DNA of 64,000 nucleotides, from positions 9,114,001-9,178,000 of the forward strand of contig NC_092673.1 in the NCBI RefSeq assembly GCF_964355755.1, in the 5' to 3' direction. This DNA comes from Antedon mediterranea. Taxonomy: Eukaryota > Animalia > Echinodermata. The notes beneath the pieces were generated by a model. That model worked only from the letters and a program-made list of their open reading frames with translations. It had not been told where the DNA came from and did no database searches. Both the position numbers and the translations under genes were made by a program. Below, piece by piece: positions 13,428-27,631 of this stretch. Position 1 is the first letter of the stretch, and each line of letters begins with the position of its first letter.

Positions 13428-16069
13428 TTAATTTTGCAGTAAATAATATAATATATATATATAACTGTCTTCTCATAACTATCATACAGTATAACTGTCA
13501 TAAAGGTTCTGAATTTGATTCTTGATACAATTTGGATTTAAAAAAAATAATTTGTCAGTTTACTTTTATCAGGGAGGAGTGCGCTTTTATTATAATTATC
13601 CCATGCGAATTAGTATATAACCACATTAAGGCAGAAATTTACTGATAGCAAATAATTATTATACTACAATATTAGCACAGTACTAAATTAAACTATTGTA
13701 CTGTATGTTAATTAGAACCGATTAAATAATCAAGTACATTTATACCTAAACAAAATGAATTTGTTCTTTTGTCAAATCACACAAACCATAAAACTCTGAT
13801 GGATAGATGGACGACCGATTGTATGTTATTTTCATCAAAGGCAGCATAAATGGTTATTTTAAATAGTTCTAGGATGAAAACTTTTCTAATATATTTTGTT
13901 TTATATGTTAAAAAATGTATATTGATCTAGTTATCATCGATAAGTGGGTCTATAGAAACCTATAGGTTGTTACAATAATATAACATATATGTATATCACA
14001 TAATCTTTGCAACATTCACCAAATTAGAAAGTACATTGATCATTCAACCTAACATGCTGCTACGCTGTCTGCTGTTGTCCCGTCTTGATTATTTTAAGTT
14101 TTTATTACTGTCTTTGATAAAAATGAATTAACAACATTCTATAAATTAATGCACAACTTTAAATATTCATTTAATATAAATCTATTGATTTAATCAATAG
14201 ATAGGTTTTATGAACAAAATGTTAATAAAGAAGACAATTTAGTAAATAAATAGTACCATTGGCTGATATTTTAAAACTTACACTACAGTACTTAAAAGTA
14301 TACATATTCCCAGGTAAACAAACGCAAGAATTTAACATCTTTAAAGAGAGGCTTGGGGAACACTTCTTCTAACTTAATAAACATAAAATGTTAATGATGA
14401 AATAAAAACTTAAGCTACATATAACAGTTTTAGGCACATTCATGTTACTATAAAACTATTCATATATAACTAAACTTCAACTGTATCTAGATGAAATTCA
14501 ATTAATTATTATTATTCCTAAGAGAAATACTATTTAATTCTATAAAGAAAAAGACTAAAAAAGAAGGTACATATACGGCTTACTAAAAACTAAGGACTAA
14601 TTAAAATACAGATTAATTGGATAAATAAGTATCATAATTGAAATTATTGTATTATAAATATCTAATCAATACTTTTAACCATACTTGCTGTAACTGTTGG
14701 CATAATTATCTAAAATGTACAATATGACAAAACAATTCTACGGTATGTTAAACATTTTTACTGAGTAGAGAAAGTCAAGAGATTTATTTAGTATTTGTGT
14801 TCTTGCTAGAATTGTTTGACAAATTAGCAATGAGCAGAGGAAGGTTAAGTATAGAATCTCTTGTTTACTCATTTTCTTGCATGTGTAGTCATCAAAATAA
14901 TCAAATCTAAAAGGTCTTCATGAAAATCAACTTGTTTTTAACTTGGAAGTAAACATGCTTCTGGATTCTGCTTTACAAACAAAACTTTGCTTCCTTCTTT
15001 ACTACAGAAATCGCGAAAAAGCCACCAAAAGTCAAAGGTCAAGGTAAAATATACAAAAAAATTGCTCTTACTGGATGACTAGGGAGGTGTGTGCAGCTTT
15101 TCATTCATTTAGAATATTTATCACCTATTGTTATTGTACAAAATTATTTAGAATGATTGTTACTGTATAAACTTTTGCATTGGATCTTTTTTTTTCATCT
15201 TATGTGGTGTTATTCTTTCAATGATTTTTGTGCGCAGCATATCTCTAAAACTTGTAAGCATAACATTTTGTAACTTTACCAGACAAGACTGTAAACCTTT
15301 ATTCTAAAGATGATCCAATAAAGTTTTAGATAACCTAGGAGTGATTTTATGAAATTCTATGATTGATTATAAATTCAGAACAAAAAGCTAAACGTTTAAA
15401 ATGTTTAATTGCGAAAAATCAATTTAATTCTAATCAATTTTCTGCTAATTTCATGTCATTTTTTTTGCTATTGCTCGCAAAGCTCGTACATGGCATTTTA
15501 AAGACTGTTTTTGCAATTGATTAAATTTCTTTATATCTTTTTTGATAATTTCTATTTATTTTAATGAACTTTAAATACAAAACCAGTCAATTTGGTATTG
15601 GGGATATCGCAGATGATGTACGCTCAAGATTGTTTGTATAACCTAATACTGTATTAGCTTAGTGGGGAAATTTAATGCAAATTTGTGTAAAAAGATACCT
15701 ATTTTGAATCTCTTATAGCTCATCAGAATGCACGGGTGACCCCGGACTTTTTAACTTATTATGGAAGCCAATGAACAGAATGAATGACAAAATATTATGA
15801 CGTCATCATATGGCCACCTGAAAATGGATTTCCTATTAGATTATTCAACTTTTAAGTTGAGGTTTTCATCTCTGTCAGTTGATTTAAAATTTAACAAAAA
15901 AATTTAAAAAATAGGCACAAACAATGCAAGAGCACTACAGAAATATAGAAAAGATCAAAAAGCATTATTGTGCATAACTGTACTTGTAAAGATGTATAAT
16001 CTTACAATAGAATTTGCCAAATAATGAGAAAAGTAAATACAAATTGAGTAAATGACGTTTATTACTTAC

Positions 16070-16224
16070 AGGTTTCTGCTGCTTTTCCTTACTGGTTTAT
16101 CGGACACAACGGAATGACGTTGAAATGACTGACCAGCTAACTCTTCTCCTTCTTCCAAGGTTGGTATATTATTTTCTACTCCATGAAGCATTCTTTCATC
16201 TCCAACAGACATTGCACGGCGTGA
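16070..16224 (-). CDS. Internal coding exon of an unidentified host gene (SRRAMSVGDERMLHGVENNIPTLEEGEELAGQSFQRHSVVSDKPVRKSSRN)
   Basis: Acceptor TGTATTTTATAG and donor GTAAGT; 155 nt, open in phase 0 and ending in phase 2; non-repetitive, protein-like composition; joins in frame to the exon ending at 25823. Confidence 0.7.
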
Positions 16225-18780
16225 CTATAAAATACAAATGCAACAGAATATTGATAACATTAGTAATTTGTTAAATAACTTGGGAAGATAAGTAATGATA
16301 ATCTTTTAAGATAATTTGTCAAAAAATATAGGAGGTGATACAGGTAACATATATTGACCGTACACATAGACAATGGCCCTAAATGCCCTATTCAATTCAA
16401 TCAATACAACAGACGAAATGAAGTCTAAAAGAAAATTCTAAGGAAAAGAAATAAAATATGCATCTGAACTAATGTGAACTTGTTTCATAGGTTTTAACTG
16501 TTTTATCTTTAGGTAGGTATATTCAAGAGGACAGAAGCATTAGGAAACTGTGTCACATGGAAGCTATAGTACTACAGGCTGACAGAAACTGGAATTTGGA
16601 AACTCGGACCCTAAGCAAGTCTAGGAAACGAGAGTAAGCAGACAAGCAGTGTTCTCCCCAGGCCTTTGAAGGGTCACGGTACCGTGATGCTTTACGTGTT
16701 TTATTACTGCCATGTCTCTTTTTTGATCTCTAGTATTATTATCTGAATCGTCTAAAATGTGGTAACTTGTATATTGTAAATAAAGTTTTCAGTTAAAACA
16801 ATGATTGATTGTATTGTTTTTTTTGTAAAAATGTTTTTCATTGACGACTTCTCCCTGACGTTCGTAATGAACGCAAAAAATGTTTCTTATCGCGTATGTT
16901 TACCGATGGAAAAAGTAGGCTACGATCGTTTTGCTGTTTGCCAAAGCGCTATAAGTGTTATTTCCGACCAAACTAGAGGTGTCATTCAACATAAATGTTA
17001 TGTGCGCGAGTACCATTTCCGGCCATCTAGGGTGTAAATGACCAAAAATCGCTTAAGCCATATTTTTTTAATCCCTAATGCCCAACAGTCAGTACCATTT
17101 TGTAGCATAAACTTGGTAATCTTGTGCTTTCCATTTTGTTAAATTAAGTTAATTGTTAGCAAGTAATTTAAACTTTTGTAAGTAGATGAGAGGGATTCTA
17201 CCCAATTCACTCCTTACTCCTTCGTTTGGACGTGCCTGCTGGACATTTAGATATGAATATTTTATACATCGTCTTTAAAATATTTAACACCCCACAGTTT
17301 GCTTCCATACTTCCTGACGATTTAAAGCCAAACACTAAATATGTTAATCATTGTGTTGCTTTGTATAGATTAGTAGTTGATAATTAATAGAAAAAACAAA
17401 AGCCATACAAGACAAATGGTTGACTTGCATCTTTGGTTAATTTAAACGTTAAACTTTATTTTATATTTCATCATTTGATTGGACGATTGTAGGTCACATG
17501 ATAAAAAATAAGTGCCCTATATTTTCATGATCACATAGCAACATGTATTCTTTTTTTGTCAGTGGAAATTGAAATTATTATTCAATATTTGTAAACAAGC
17601 TGATATGCCATGCTGATATTTATATATATATAGCATCATTTACAAAATGGCCACATATTTTTAATTTTAAAATTCAGGGCAAGGGTCCCTAATGACAGCT
17701 TCACCTGGACAGATCATCCTCATAAGATATTGTTAAATAAATAATATTAGTAGAGATATAACCAAAAGTATTTTTGAATAAATAGCACTAATTTGCATAA
17801 ACTTCTTATTGATAAATATAATCATTCCAAGAATGGTCTTAAATAGATGTTGGTCTTGGTTTAGTTAATAGTGAAAGTTTATTTTGTATAATGACATCAC
17901 TGATTTGCATAAAATTAATATTGATAAATTCACATTCATCTGGATATCCCTAATTGTAAGTCTAATAAGGGTATTTCAGATAATAATAGCAACCTGATCA
18001 AATATCTTGCTTTCTCACTGTTCTTATTTTAACATTTTTAATGGATTATTGATTTGTGAGGTAAGTTTAATCTTGTGATGCATCACTTGAACATATTTTA
18101 ATGAAATTTGCAAACGAAAACAGTATTACAGTAATTATCTTTAATAGATAAATTATTCCATAGATCTGTTTAATGTATTCTTCTACCAACAATTTTTATA
18201 CCATGACCCTGAATAAATGACGTCAAACACCTTTTTTATTATGATTATTATTTTACTGTCATCAGGATTAGTTTCTCATTTTAACATAAAATATTGGACT
18301 TGCACCATGGCAACAGTGATGCAAGCAGCTCTGAAAATATAATCTGTATTCTAGAGGGAGACAAACAGAATTTAAGAACACCAATTTAAATGCTGCTGAA
18401 CACTGTGAGGTCAATCTAAATGACATTAGCACATTTTCTGTAGTTGGACCCAAAATTGTGAACAATTTGCCAAGTAACGTTAAAGATTTAAATTACAATT
18501 TTAACTAATTTTTTAAAATGAAAAAATAAAATAAGATGAAAAACGCCGCTGATTATAATTTGCCATAGAAATATGCAGTTATTTTTTTATTTATTCCCAG
18601 AAGACATAATCATGAAGATGCTATATCAAGCGGAAGCTATAGTTCTACAGGCTGACAGTTTTGGAATTTTGTAAACTCGGACAGGTCATGCTCAAATCAC
18701 AAACCCCAAAATACCCGCACACAATAATAAGAGGATGTTTCGCATTTTCCTATCTCCTCCTACAATAATTGTTTTTAATA

Positions 18781-19632
18781 CCGTATATTTCGGTGTATAA
18801 GTCGCACCTGTGTATAAGACGCACCCCTAACTGAGAGTAAAATATCGGTATTTTTTATATCGTCGATGTATAAGACGCACTTTATATTTCATCAAAACAA
18901 TGTTTTTTTTAAATTGTAATCAATATTATTGTAATAATATATTGTTATATCTACAACGGAGTCCTTTATTTAGGGTTTTTCTTACCTAGGCTTGGCCGCG
19001 CCCAGCCTCAACAAGTTCTTTCTAACTTGTTACTCATGAGTTTCGCCGCAACATCGAGTGCATGAGCGTGTGTGTAACACGTACGCGTGTGTGGGCTAGC
19101 CTCGCTCGATCATTTCGAGAGAGCGCACGTTTTTATGGACAATCGTATTCGATTAGTATCTATGTATCTGAGAAGTGTATACGCTAGGTCCATGCTATAA
19201 TCAACTGGAGAATATACTAGTCGAATACCATAGACCATGTGGCTGCCAAGAAGGGCTTGCGCTGGGGGGTACGGCGGTCGGCGATCGTGCGTATAACTAT
19301 AAATAAATACTAGGCCTAGGCCTATTCCAATCGTAAACGTTTACAAATGAAATTTTATCGGGAGCGCCTAAAACAGCTCCATAATGAACAAATCTTTTCA
19401 TCATATTTAGTATAACATCATGCTAAAATGCCTTGAAAACTAGGCAGAAGCAGGTTGCCGTTACGTTAGTACACTGTAGCTAGCCTATAGGCCAGGCCTA
19501 GCCAACGAGGTGACGATATGTAGGCTACAATCTGTGTGGTGCGAGGCATAATGTTCGGTGTATAAGACGCACCCTTAATTTAGAGGTCAAATTTGCGTGT
19601 CAAAAGTGCGACTTATACACCAAAATATACGG
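18781..19632. mobile_element. Tc1/mariner-pogo-type MITE
   Basis: TA TSD at 18779-80 and 19633-34; TIR CCGTATATTTCGGTGTATAAGTCGCAC / GTGCGACTTATACACCAAAATATACGG; subterminal GTATAAGACGCAC repeats. Confidence 0.88.
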
Positions 19633-20422
19633 TAGCTGAAAACCGGTTGAACAGCTTGAGTAAAAAAATATATAATCTTGAAGAAAGACCGATTTTCTTA
19701 AATAAATACTATTTTGATAGATTTAATATAGGTTTATACAAATTCATTGATTTGCGATGAATGGAACATTCCAATGTTCCACAAGTGCCTATTCCCTCAG
19801 GCGTCGTAAAGTCAAGTACACTCATAACAGAAATTTGATAAAAAAATTTTTGTCAATCTTTGCTGCATAGTTTTTTTTTTTTAAACGGATAATGAGCTAG
19901 CGTTTACAGTTGCCATCTACAAATCTTTATTATTGCAGTTGAACCACCCACATCACCACCCTTCCCCTCACTGACATGAGTAGCGTTGTAAAGCTAGTAG
20001 AGGATAGGACTACGGTGGTACAAAGGATCACATGCCATAAACGAAGAACAACTTTGGTGGGTATGAACCAACTTAAGTATGAATTGGCTCTAAGAAACAA
20101 TTGAAAACCATTAGGCCTAATAATTCAGTTGAGTTAGATAATTTAATATTTATTGACGATTAAAGCGAATTTATGATTTACCCCGAATATAGGTGGTTTT
20201 CACAAATTGTTTTACATTATATAAACAATATACAAATAACCTTTATTACATCAGGAAAGAAATAAGTACTGCATAGGCAGGATCATGTATAAAAATAATA
20301 CAGACTAGTACTTCACCATAGGTCATCATCAGGTACTGTACAATAAATATTTATTTTGAGGCAGAAACTGTTTTATTTTTAACCTTTATTACAGTTGCTT
20401 CTTAACGTTTGTATTTTACAAA

Positions 20423-20726
20423 AACAAGCATGAATGTGCGATACTCGGGGTACTGCAAAAGAAGCTGTAATGACGTCATAAGACGAGATGTGACGTCACA
20501 TACACATCAATAACCTCGCTACCAAATTTGAGACGTCATATGGCTGCATCCGGTTTGAAATTTAAAAATCCGGCTCTATAGCTTTGAGGACATGTCCCTG
20601 TAGTATATTCATGCCAAATCCCAGCTCAATACTACAACGAATAAGGGAGGAGTAGTACTCTATAAATCGCACTTTTTACTCAATAGTGTCGGATGGAAGA
20701 AGATGAGAGAGTACACGGGTAAAAAT
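20423..20726 (-). mobile_element. HINE (Helentron-like) copy without tRNA cargo, same family as 50427-51677
   Basis: 20423-20469 matches 50427-50473 (AACAAGCA[T/C]GAATGTGC[G/A]ATACTCGGGGTAC..AAAGAAGCTGTA); 20565-20690 matches 51491-51616; the middle ~95 bp is different. Confidence 0.7.
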
Positions 20727-21861
20727 ATATCGTTAAATGTACTGTACTATTTCAATCAACTATGACTGTGAAAGTTTCAACAAATTATTACATCGCAATG
20801 TTTTACTGTGTTTATTAGTGGTATATTATTTGTAAAACATGAAAACAATTAATATTTCGTTACTAAATAGATAAAGAATATATTTAAAAATTGTTCCTCT
20901 TTCCACCCATCCTCTTCGCCATCCCTCAACCCTAATGTTACATACAAAACACAAATTAAGTTTGTTTAAATTTTACTCAAACAATTGGTCTCATTTTGTG
21001 ACAAGTAATTTCTCTTTCAGAAGTAATTCCCAGGGTGTTAATTTTAGTTGAGTACATAAATCACCGTGTCTATTTATTCGTTCCTGTAAATGACATGTAT
21101 TATTGTCCTGCGCTACATACATTGGAAATCGCCAGTTTTTTAACACTAAATTACTATGTATTCGAGAACCATCTAATTGTAGTAATTCATTGAGTGCTAT
21201 ATCTAACAAATTAAACACCTCCCTCGCCCCCACCTACTAACACCCTACCAAACAATAAACATGGTACTTTAAAATGTTATATTCATCATCTTCTTAGTCT
21301 AGACACTGATAAACAGATTACGTTTATTTTTACGAATAGCAAGCATTTCAATAATTACATGTTAACCAAAATATGATAAATAGAAAAGGGGATTTGTTAA
21401 TTTTGCCATAAACATAGATAGACTAATTTTATTATTTTCACCACTCAATTTAGAAATTATAATTAAATGACTATAAAACAACTGTATACTAAAGGTCACC
21501 AACTATCAATCTCACAGCAATATCCATGTTTACCATGGCAACAAGACACAATTATAATATTAATACTACTGTATACTATCTTTAAGGTCAATTAATATTA
21601 TTTAAAATGTCACATACCATAATTTGCTGGGCAAACCATATAATTGTTGCTTTAAAGTAAAGTTACATACTTTATTTATTATTTTTGTTTAATGGGATAT
21701 ATATATATATATATATATACATGATATACTTAACATATATATACTAACAATAACATTACAAAGAAAGTTATGTGAAAACTGGTATTGCACTAAATTGTGA
21801 ATATAGCGCAATAACACAAACCAGTTTTATACGTCAATAAGTAGATTCTAATTATTTAATC

Positions 21862-22270
21862 CCCACATGCATTGCACGCAGATTGGTATTTTAGTTTTTC
21901 TTCTGTGATTCTACCGGTACTTTCGATTGATCGTGAGGTAAAAAAAAAACCTCGGAAGAATTGTAACTTTTCAGCGAAAATACCGGGTTTCATCCAATTT
22001 TCATCAACATATTCTAGGGTCAGGCTAGCTTCCTATACCTAGCATACGATGTTCGTACATTACTGCTGCTTCCAGCTAGGCCTACAAAACTAGCCTAGGT
22101 AGGCTAGGCCTAAAGACTGTCCATGAGAGGACATTCACCGCAAGCTTAGGTAATACATTGTTGTCTCCATTTATCATAATTTATCATAAACCTACATTTA
22201 AGACAAGGAATGACCTTACCTGGTTTAATATTTTTAAAGTAATATATGCAATATTTTTACAAAATGGGCC
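21862..22270 (+). mobile_element. Degenerate partial copy of Kolobok-like MITE family A
   Basis: Aligns to 12964-13410 (ATGCATTGCACGC, TTTTCAGCGAAAATAC, CTAGGCCTACAAAACTA, ACATTTAAGACAAGGAATGAC). Confidence 0.75.
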
Positions 22271-22939
22271 TTATGGGTTTAACATTAACAAAGCTAGTGC
22301 ACACATATGATATTTAATTAGTTTGTTACCTAGCTATTCAATTCAGAAATTCAGTGAAACTGATTGAAACTAAAGTTGTTTTTTTTATAAAATCTATTAT
22401 TTACTTTTTTTAAACAAATGAGGCCTGGCATCACAAATGCGGCGCAGAATCGCAACCTTAACTTTTGAGATATTTAGCCTTGAAGCTCACAATGTGAAAA
22501 ACCGGGATTTTGAGATTTAAACAAACTGATTTTATAAAAATCAAAGTCTTGTTCATAAGAAATATCTTAACTATGTGTATTTTTCAATTATTTAAGTCGT
22601 TTCCAATGAAATCTATTTGGAAATTGTATTTTTCTTCATTAAAAAAAAACAATTCTTTACGAAACTTTTGTAAACAAACCGCTAGCCCGAATTGTTCAAT
22701 TAACGTTTTAACATTTTGTTATTATTGAGAATTAAATATTTAAAAAAAATAACATAAAATATATTATTTACCGCATAGTGATATCTTTTAAACTAATTAT
22801 AGTTATTAAGGAGAAAATGGCAAGTTTTGTCCGACTAGAATCCTGTCACGTTGATTGGCCAGCTAGGCCCAGCTAATCCATATTGCTACATCATTGTTGA
22901 TTTTCTCAAAATGAACATTTCCTGAGCTAGAAGGAATTG

Positions 22940-23915
22940 AAAAGAATAAGGCAAAGTACAAAGGAAAGTTAGAACGAAGTTTTAAAGAAAACGATGTAAA
23001 AGCGGCTTGGCAAACCATGCAGGATATCACTGGCTATGATTGGTAGTCAAAATAAAAGAAAGTCGTCACACCTAAAAAATGAGTCGAATACTACAGATGA
23101 TCTTAACAAATTTTTCTGCCGTTTTGATCAACATGATTTTTCAAAAGAGATGGATGATTTTAAAGGAACAATTAAATAAAGAAAAAGGGGTGAGAAAAAT
23201 AAAAATAAATGAAGGAGATGTTTGATGTGATAAACTGTCGGGAGTTTTCTGCGATAATTTTAATAAATCCATGGAACATCTGGAAAACTTCATAAATTAG
23301 GCCGATTCTGAAAATAAAATATCCGGTAACACAAAACGATCACTGACTAGTCGCAATCACTTCAAATGTTATGAAGTATTTTGAACGCATTATTTTGAAT
23401 CGTACACTTGACCGAGAGGGCGTAACTTCAGAAATTAGACCGATTCCGAAAATAAAATATCCAGTAACACAAAACGACATCCAACCAGTTGCAATCACTT
23501 CAAATGTTATGAAGTGTTTTGAACGCATTATTTTGAATTGTATACTTGACCAAGAGGGCATATCGATTGATACTAGGAATACGTTTGTCAGGGCACTCTT
23601 TGTTGACATTTAGAGCGCTTTTAATTGCTTACAACCGCATTTGTTGATTAGAAAGTTACGAATGATGGATATTAATCCCAACCTCTCACTTCTGACCATG
23701 GACTTTCTGCATGAATGCGTCCTTTCGCCGTTTTTGTATTCGCTATATACTTCCGACTATGAAATGTTAGGCAGTACAACCTCATTGATAAAATATGCGG
23801 ATGATACTGTAATCTAAGGTTCGTGGAGCAGATGCATCACCGTACACAAATGAAGTTCACAGATTTGTGGACTGGTGTGATACAAACTAACTACAACTAA
23901 ATAAAAACAAAACTG
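22940..23915 (+). mobile_element. Decayed Rex-Babar-type LINE ORF2 (RT)
   Basis: Fragments KAKYKGKLERSFKENDVKAAWQTMQDITGY, QPVAITSNVMKCFERII, VRALFVDI, SPFLYSLYTSD, IKYADDTVI; stops and frameshifts; internal ~140-bp tandem duplication (23286-23555). Confidence 0.78.
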
Positions 23916-25822
23916 GTGTATCCATTATTTGATACATACAGATACAATAAAAAAGTGGATATAAATTGAATGAAAAACACATTGCTGCGGAAACACGAAT
24001 TGTTAAGTTGTTGTTGTTCAACAATGTATCAAACCATTTGAATCGTTTTGTTTGTGTGTGTGATTTTTTTATTCATTTACTTTTTTTTCCAATGGTTTTA
24101 ATATTTTGCAATTTTGTTTGTTTGGGAGATTTGTTACCTATTTGCTACTTTTATAATAAGTGTGGTCTAGCAATAACCCGTGCTCCACATGGTCTTGTCT
24201 GCCTTAATAATAATTCGCATGGAATGATTAAGTATTATAAAAGCGCAATACTGGATATTGGATTTTGTGCTGTGTGAATATTAATCTAGGAAGTGACGTC
24301 TGTTAATAATCAGTCGGCAGATTTAAACAATTTAATGATGAAATATAAATATGAAATAAGTTATAGTTTAGGATGTGAGTATTGGAATAATAAAACGGAC
24401 TTTAAAATCAACACAAAAAGTGCACTCACTACTTGAAATTAGATGATGTGCTTGGACACAAACGTGTTTTGTGGAAACACGACTTGGTATCTTTTTTGCT
24501 CCTTTTGTAATTGGTTTAGATTTTTTGATCAAGCGGAGATATTTATTATTATACATATCGTGGATTCTAACTCGAACCTACTAATTATTAATTTCAATGG
24601 CCACGGTGTTTTACTCACTGAGCCAAACTGTAATTTACAAAATACATTCTGTTCCAAGGATAGGTGTAATTAATGAAAACTACGACGACGCAATCAGTCG
24701 ATGCGGTTGGACGGCTGCCGAGACTAAACACCGTTTTAATGTGGCAGTTTCAGCATGGTGTTTGTAGATCAGGCCATTGCGGTACACAACAGAGAAGGTT
24801 GATACGAGACGACAACAACTCGCGAAAAGTGGTCAAATTACTGCAATTTTTTGCCTTTTTTTTTTGGTTTATCCTTAAAATTCAGGAAAGTGACATAGCC
24901 TATCGTGTGCAGCCCATCAATAAACATAAGTGTGCCAAACATACTGTTCAGTGGTTTTGGAAGAGATACGTAAAATATGCGAAAAATTTAGTAGCATTAA
25001 TATATAGATAGTAATAGTGAGAAGTAATATCAAATCTACGTTTCCAACGTATCCAAGTGGGAGAAAGTTTTTCCATTGTGCTTGTCAGAATTAAGCATAA
25101 TTTATATACAGAAACCATCATGTTCAAAATCATGGAAGTGTACCAATCATCTATCTATATTAGGGCACATATAAAAAAATTATTTAGCGTCACCACCCAC
25201 CCCTGGATTTTGGCCCACCTAGTCTGATTAAAAAAAAATAAATAAATCAACTGAAAATCGCTGAAAATATAAAATATTTTTATAAGAACGCTATCTTTTA
25301 TTTATAAAAGTAATTCAATCATTAAATTAAAATGCTACCGACCAAAAATATTTTTCGACCAACTAATATTATTTGCCATGACTCTGCAAATTTGTATTTT
25401 AAATTGCTTGCTTTTAAAATTAATGAAAACAAAATAGATTACAGTATATATATTGACTTTATCTTCTAATATAAATGCTGTAAAATGTACCTCTGGGTAT
25501 TGTACATCCCTGTATATACTGCATTACGCCATATTACTGTACTATCTTTTTGATTCCAGAACCACAAAATCATCATAAGATGGTGTCCGTCCATATTAGA
25601 CAGGCAAAGGCTAGTACTATTAATGGATGCTACAAAACTATACATTGTGTATTAAATGTAAATATACTTTAATTGTTTTCTCGTATCTGTGAATAGTATT
25701 ATAATATTGATGAATGTGGTTAAAACAAAATATTTATCTAAAGTATAAAAAAGAAATAATAATAATAGTAATAATATCTATAATCTCTGATTCAATAAAC
25801 ATAAACACATTTAAAAACTTAC

Positions 25823-25867
25823 CAAGTTGGGATGATGAAACTTCTTTTTACGAGAAAATTTTGCCAT
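25823..25867 (-). CDS. First coding part of the host gene (MAKFSRKKKFHHPNL), within exon 25823-26226 whose remainder is 5'UTR
   Basis: Acceptor ATTTTTCAG at 26227 and donor TTG|GTAAGT at 25822; ATG at 25867-25865 with an in-frame upstream TAA; 15 codons, phase 0, matching the phase-0 start of exon 16070-16224. Confidence 0.6.
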
Positions 25868-27582
25868 AAACAAGGTACTGTGCAAAGCATTCGGTAGAAT
25901 TTACGATGTTCTAACACAAGCTAATAGATCTATTAGTAAATTACTCTATCCCAGTATATCAACAAAGCAGATAATTTTATATGCCTTATAAAAATCATCC
26001 TTATTCAACTCATCTTCATCTTTACTTTCATTATATTTTCAGTCCAGTATTCCAGCAGCTATCATCTTACATAATGGTATTAGAAATATTCTAGGCATTC
26101 TGTTGCTACAGCAACAATATACTGACACACAAATTATAATAGCATCTCTATTTCCTGTAATTAGATGGAGTAGTGGGAGTGCATTTCAATTATTACACAG
26201 CACTATGGGATGAATCAGTAGGAAATCTGAAAAATTATTTAAAGCAGATTTAAACATTACTTTGCAAGGAAAGCGAATCTGCAAAAAGCAGATTTAAACA
26301 TTTAACTTTGCAAGGAAAGCCAGAATTTTTTTTTTTTTTTTATGTTATTTTTTAGGGGTGTGACCCTATAATGTTTTCACAGTGTATAATAATAATAATG
26401 TGATTATGAGATTATTACTAAAATGTTATGGGCTGATCAACCTGTATCCATGCCAACTTAAATACCAAACTTGGCTAACTCGTACCCAAACCAACCCAAA
26501 CCATGCAAACTCATACATAATTATTTGGCTTACTCCACCCATTATTTGGCTTACTAGTACCATTGGCTACTTACTTGTACCAATTATTTTTGATGGCGCA
26601 AAACTAGAAGTATGCTTTTGCCATATGAATATTTTTATATTTAAATTGTTTCTTATTTTACCGGTCAATATAATTGACCATTGATAAACATCGTTTTATT
26701 AGGCATATTATTCTAGTAGCTAGATCAACTTTTGTATGCACATTGAGGTCCAGAGAATTTGACTTCAGGAATTGGTTTAGGATAGTCAAACAATCATTTT
26801 TAGCTTGGTTACACATTTTGAAAATGTGGCGAAAGGTCAAAAGGTCAGGGTGAAAGGCTATAATATCAAACACCAATAGGTCCTTAAATCTCAACAACCA
26901 CTGGTCACAGGAAGGTTATTGTGATCTCAAATTGATCAGAAGGTATACATTTATATTCAGTCTAATGGGACATTTCAGTAAAAAATGACCGGAAATGCCA
27001 TTTCTGACCTTTGACCCACTACCCAGGGCGTGTATGTATCTCTGTAACTACTGGTCGTAGACACTTAAATTAGGTCTTAAATTGTTCGCAATATACATTT
27101 TGTTATATGTAGCACATTTTGAAAAGTCTTACAAAAGGTCAAATGGTCAGGGTCAAGGGTGAACAGACACAAATAGGTACTTGTATCTCGGCAACCACTG
27201 GTCGCAGCAAGTCAATTTTAGTCTCAAAATGTTGAGAAGGCATGCATTCATATTCAGTCTAATGGGACATTTTAGTGAAAAATTATCAGAAATGCCATTT
27301 CTGACCTTTAACCCATATACCAGGGCATCTTTCTATGTAAGTACTGGTCATAGAAACTTAAATTTGGTATCAAATTCATTCTAACAGAAAATTTGGTGAA
27401 AAGATGATTAGAAATACTATTAATTACTAATGTTTCAAACAAAAAACATACCTCTACACAACTTATTCTTATATAAATTTTTTGCAATAACTGATGCTTT
27501 AAAAGGTTTCATTATAGGAATAACAACAAATCCTTTACTGTTTTTAATTGTACTTTTGCTTATAATAATACTAGAAGATATT

Positions 27583-27631
27583 GTTGACCCCTGAGGGCGA
27601 TAAAACATTGATAGAAACGTCAAACTCAACA
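27583..27631 (+). ncRNA. Degenerate Penelope-type minimal hammerhead ribozyme-like motif (left arm)
   Basis: GTTGACCC-CTGAGGG-CGATAAAACATTGATA-GAAAC-GTC-AAACTCAAC: CUGAnGA-like core, GAAAC-GUC, and stem I GTTGA/TCAAC. Confidence 0.45.

Noticed and set aside
16072-16159. Plus-strand exon (TTACAG...AAG|GTTGGT)
   Set aside because: Weaker splice sites and a stop in the most protein-like frame; the minus-strand reading has canonical sites, an open frame and a phase-matched partner exon.
23966-25133. Cluster of 60-112-aa ORFs as a gene or a gag remnant (WIRWKRRFD)
   Set aside because: No consistent frame, splice signals or further retroelement motifs; not supportable without a search.
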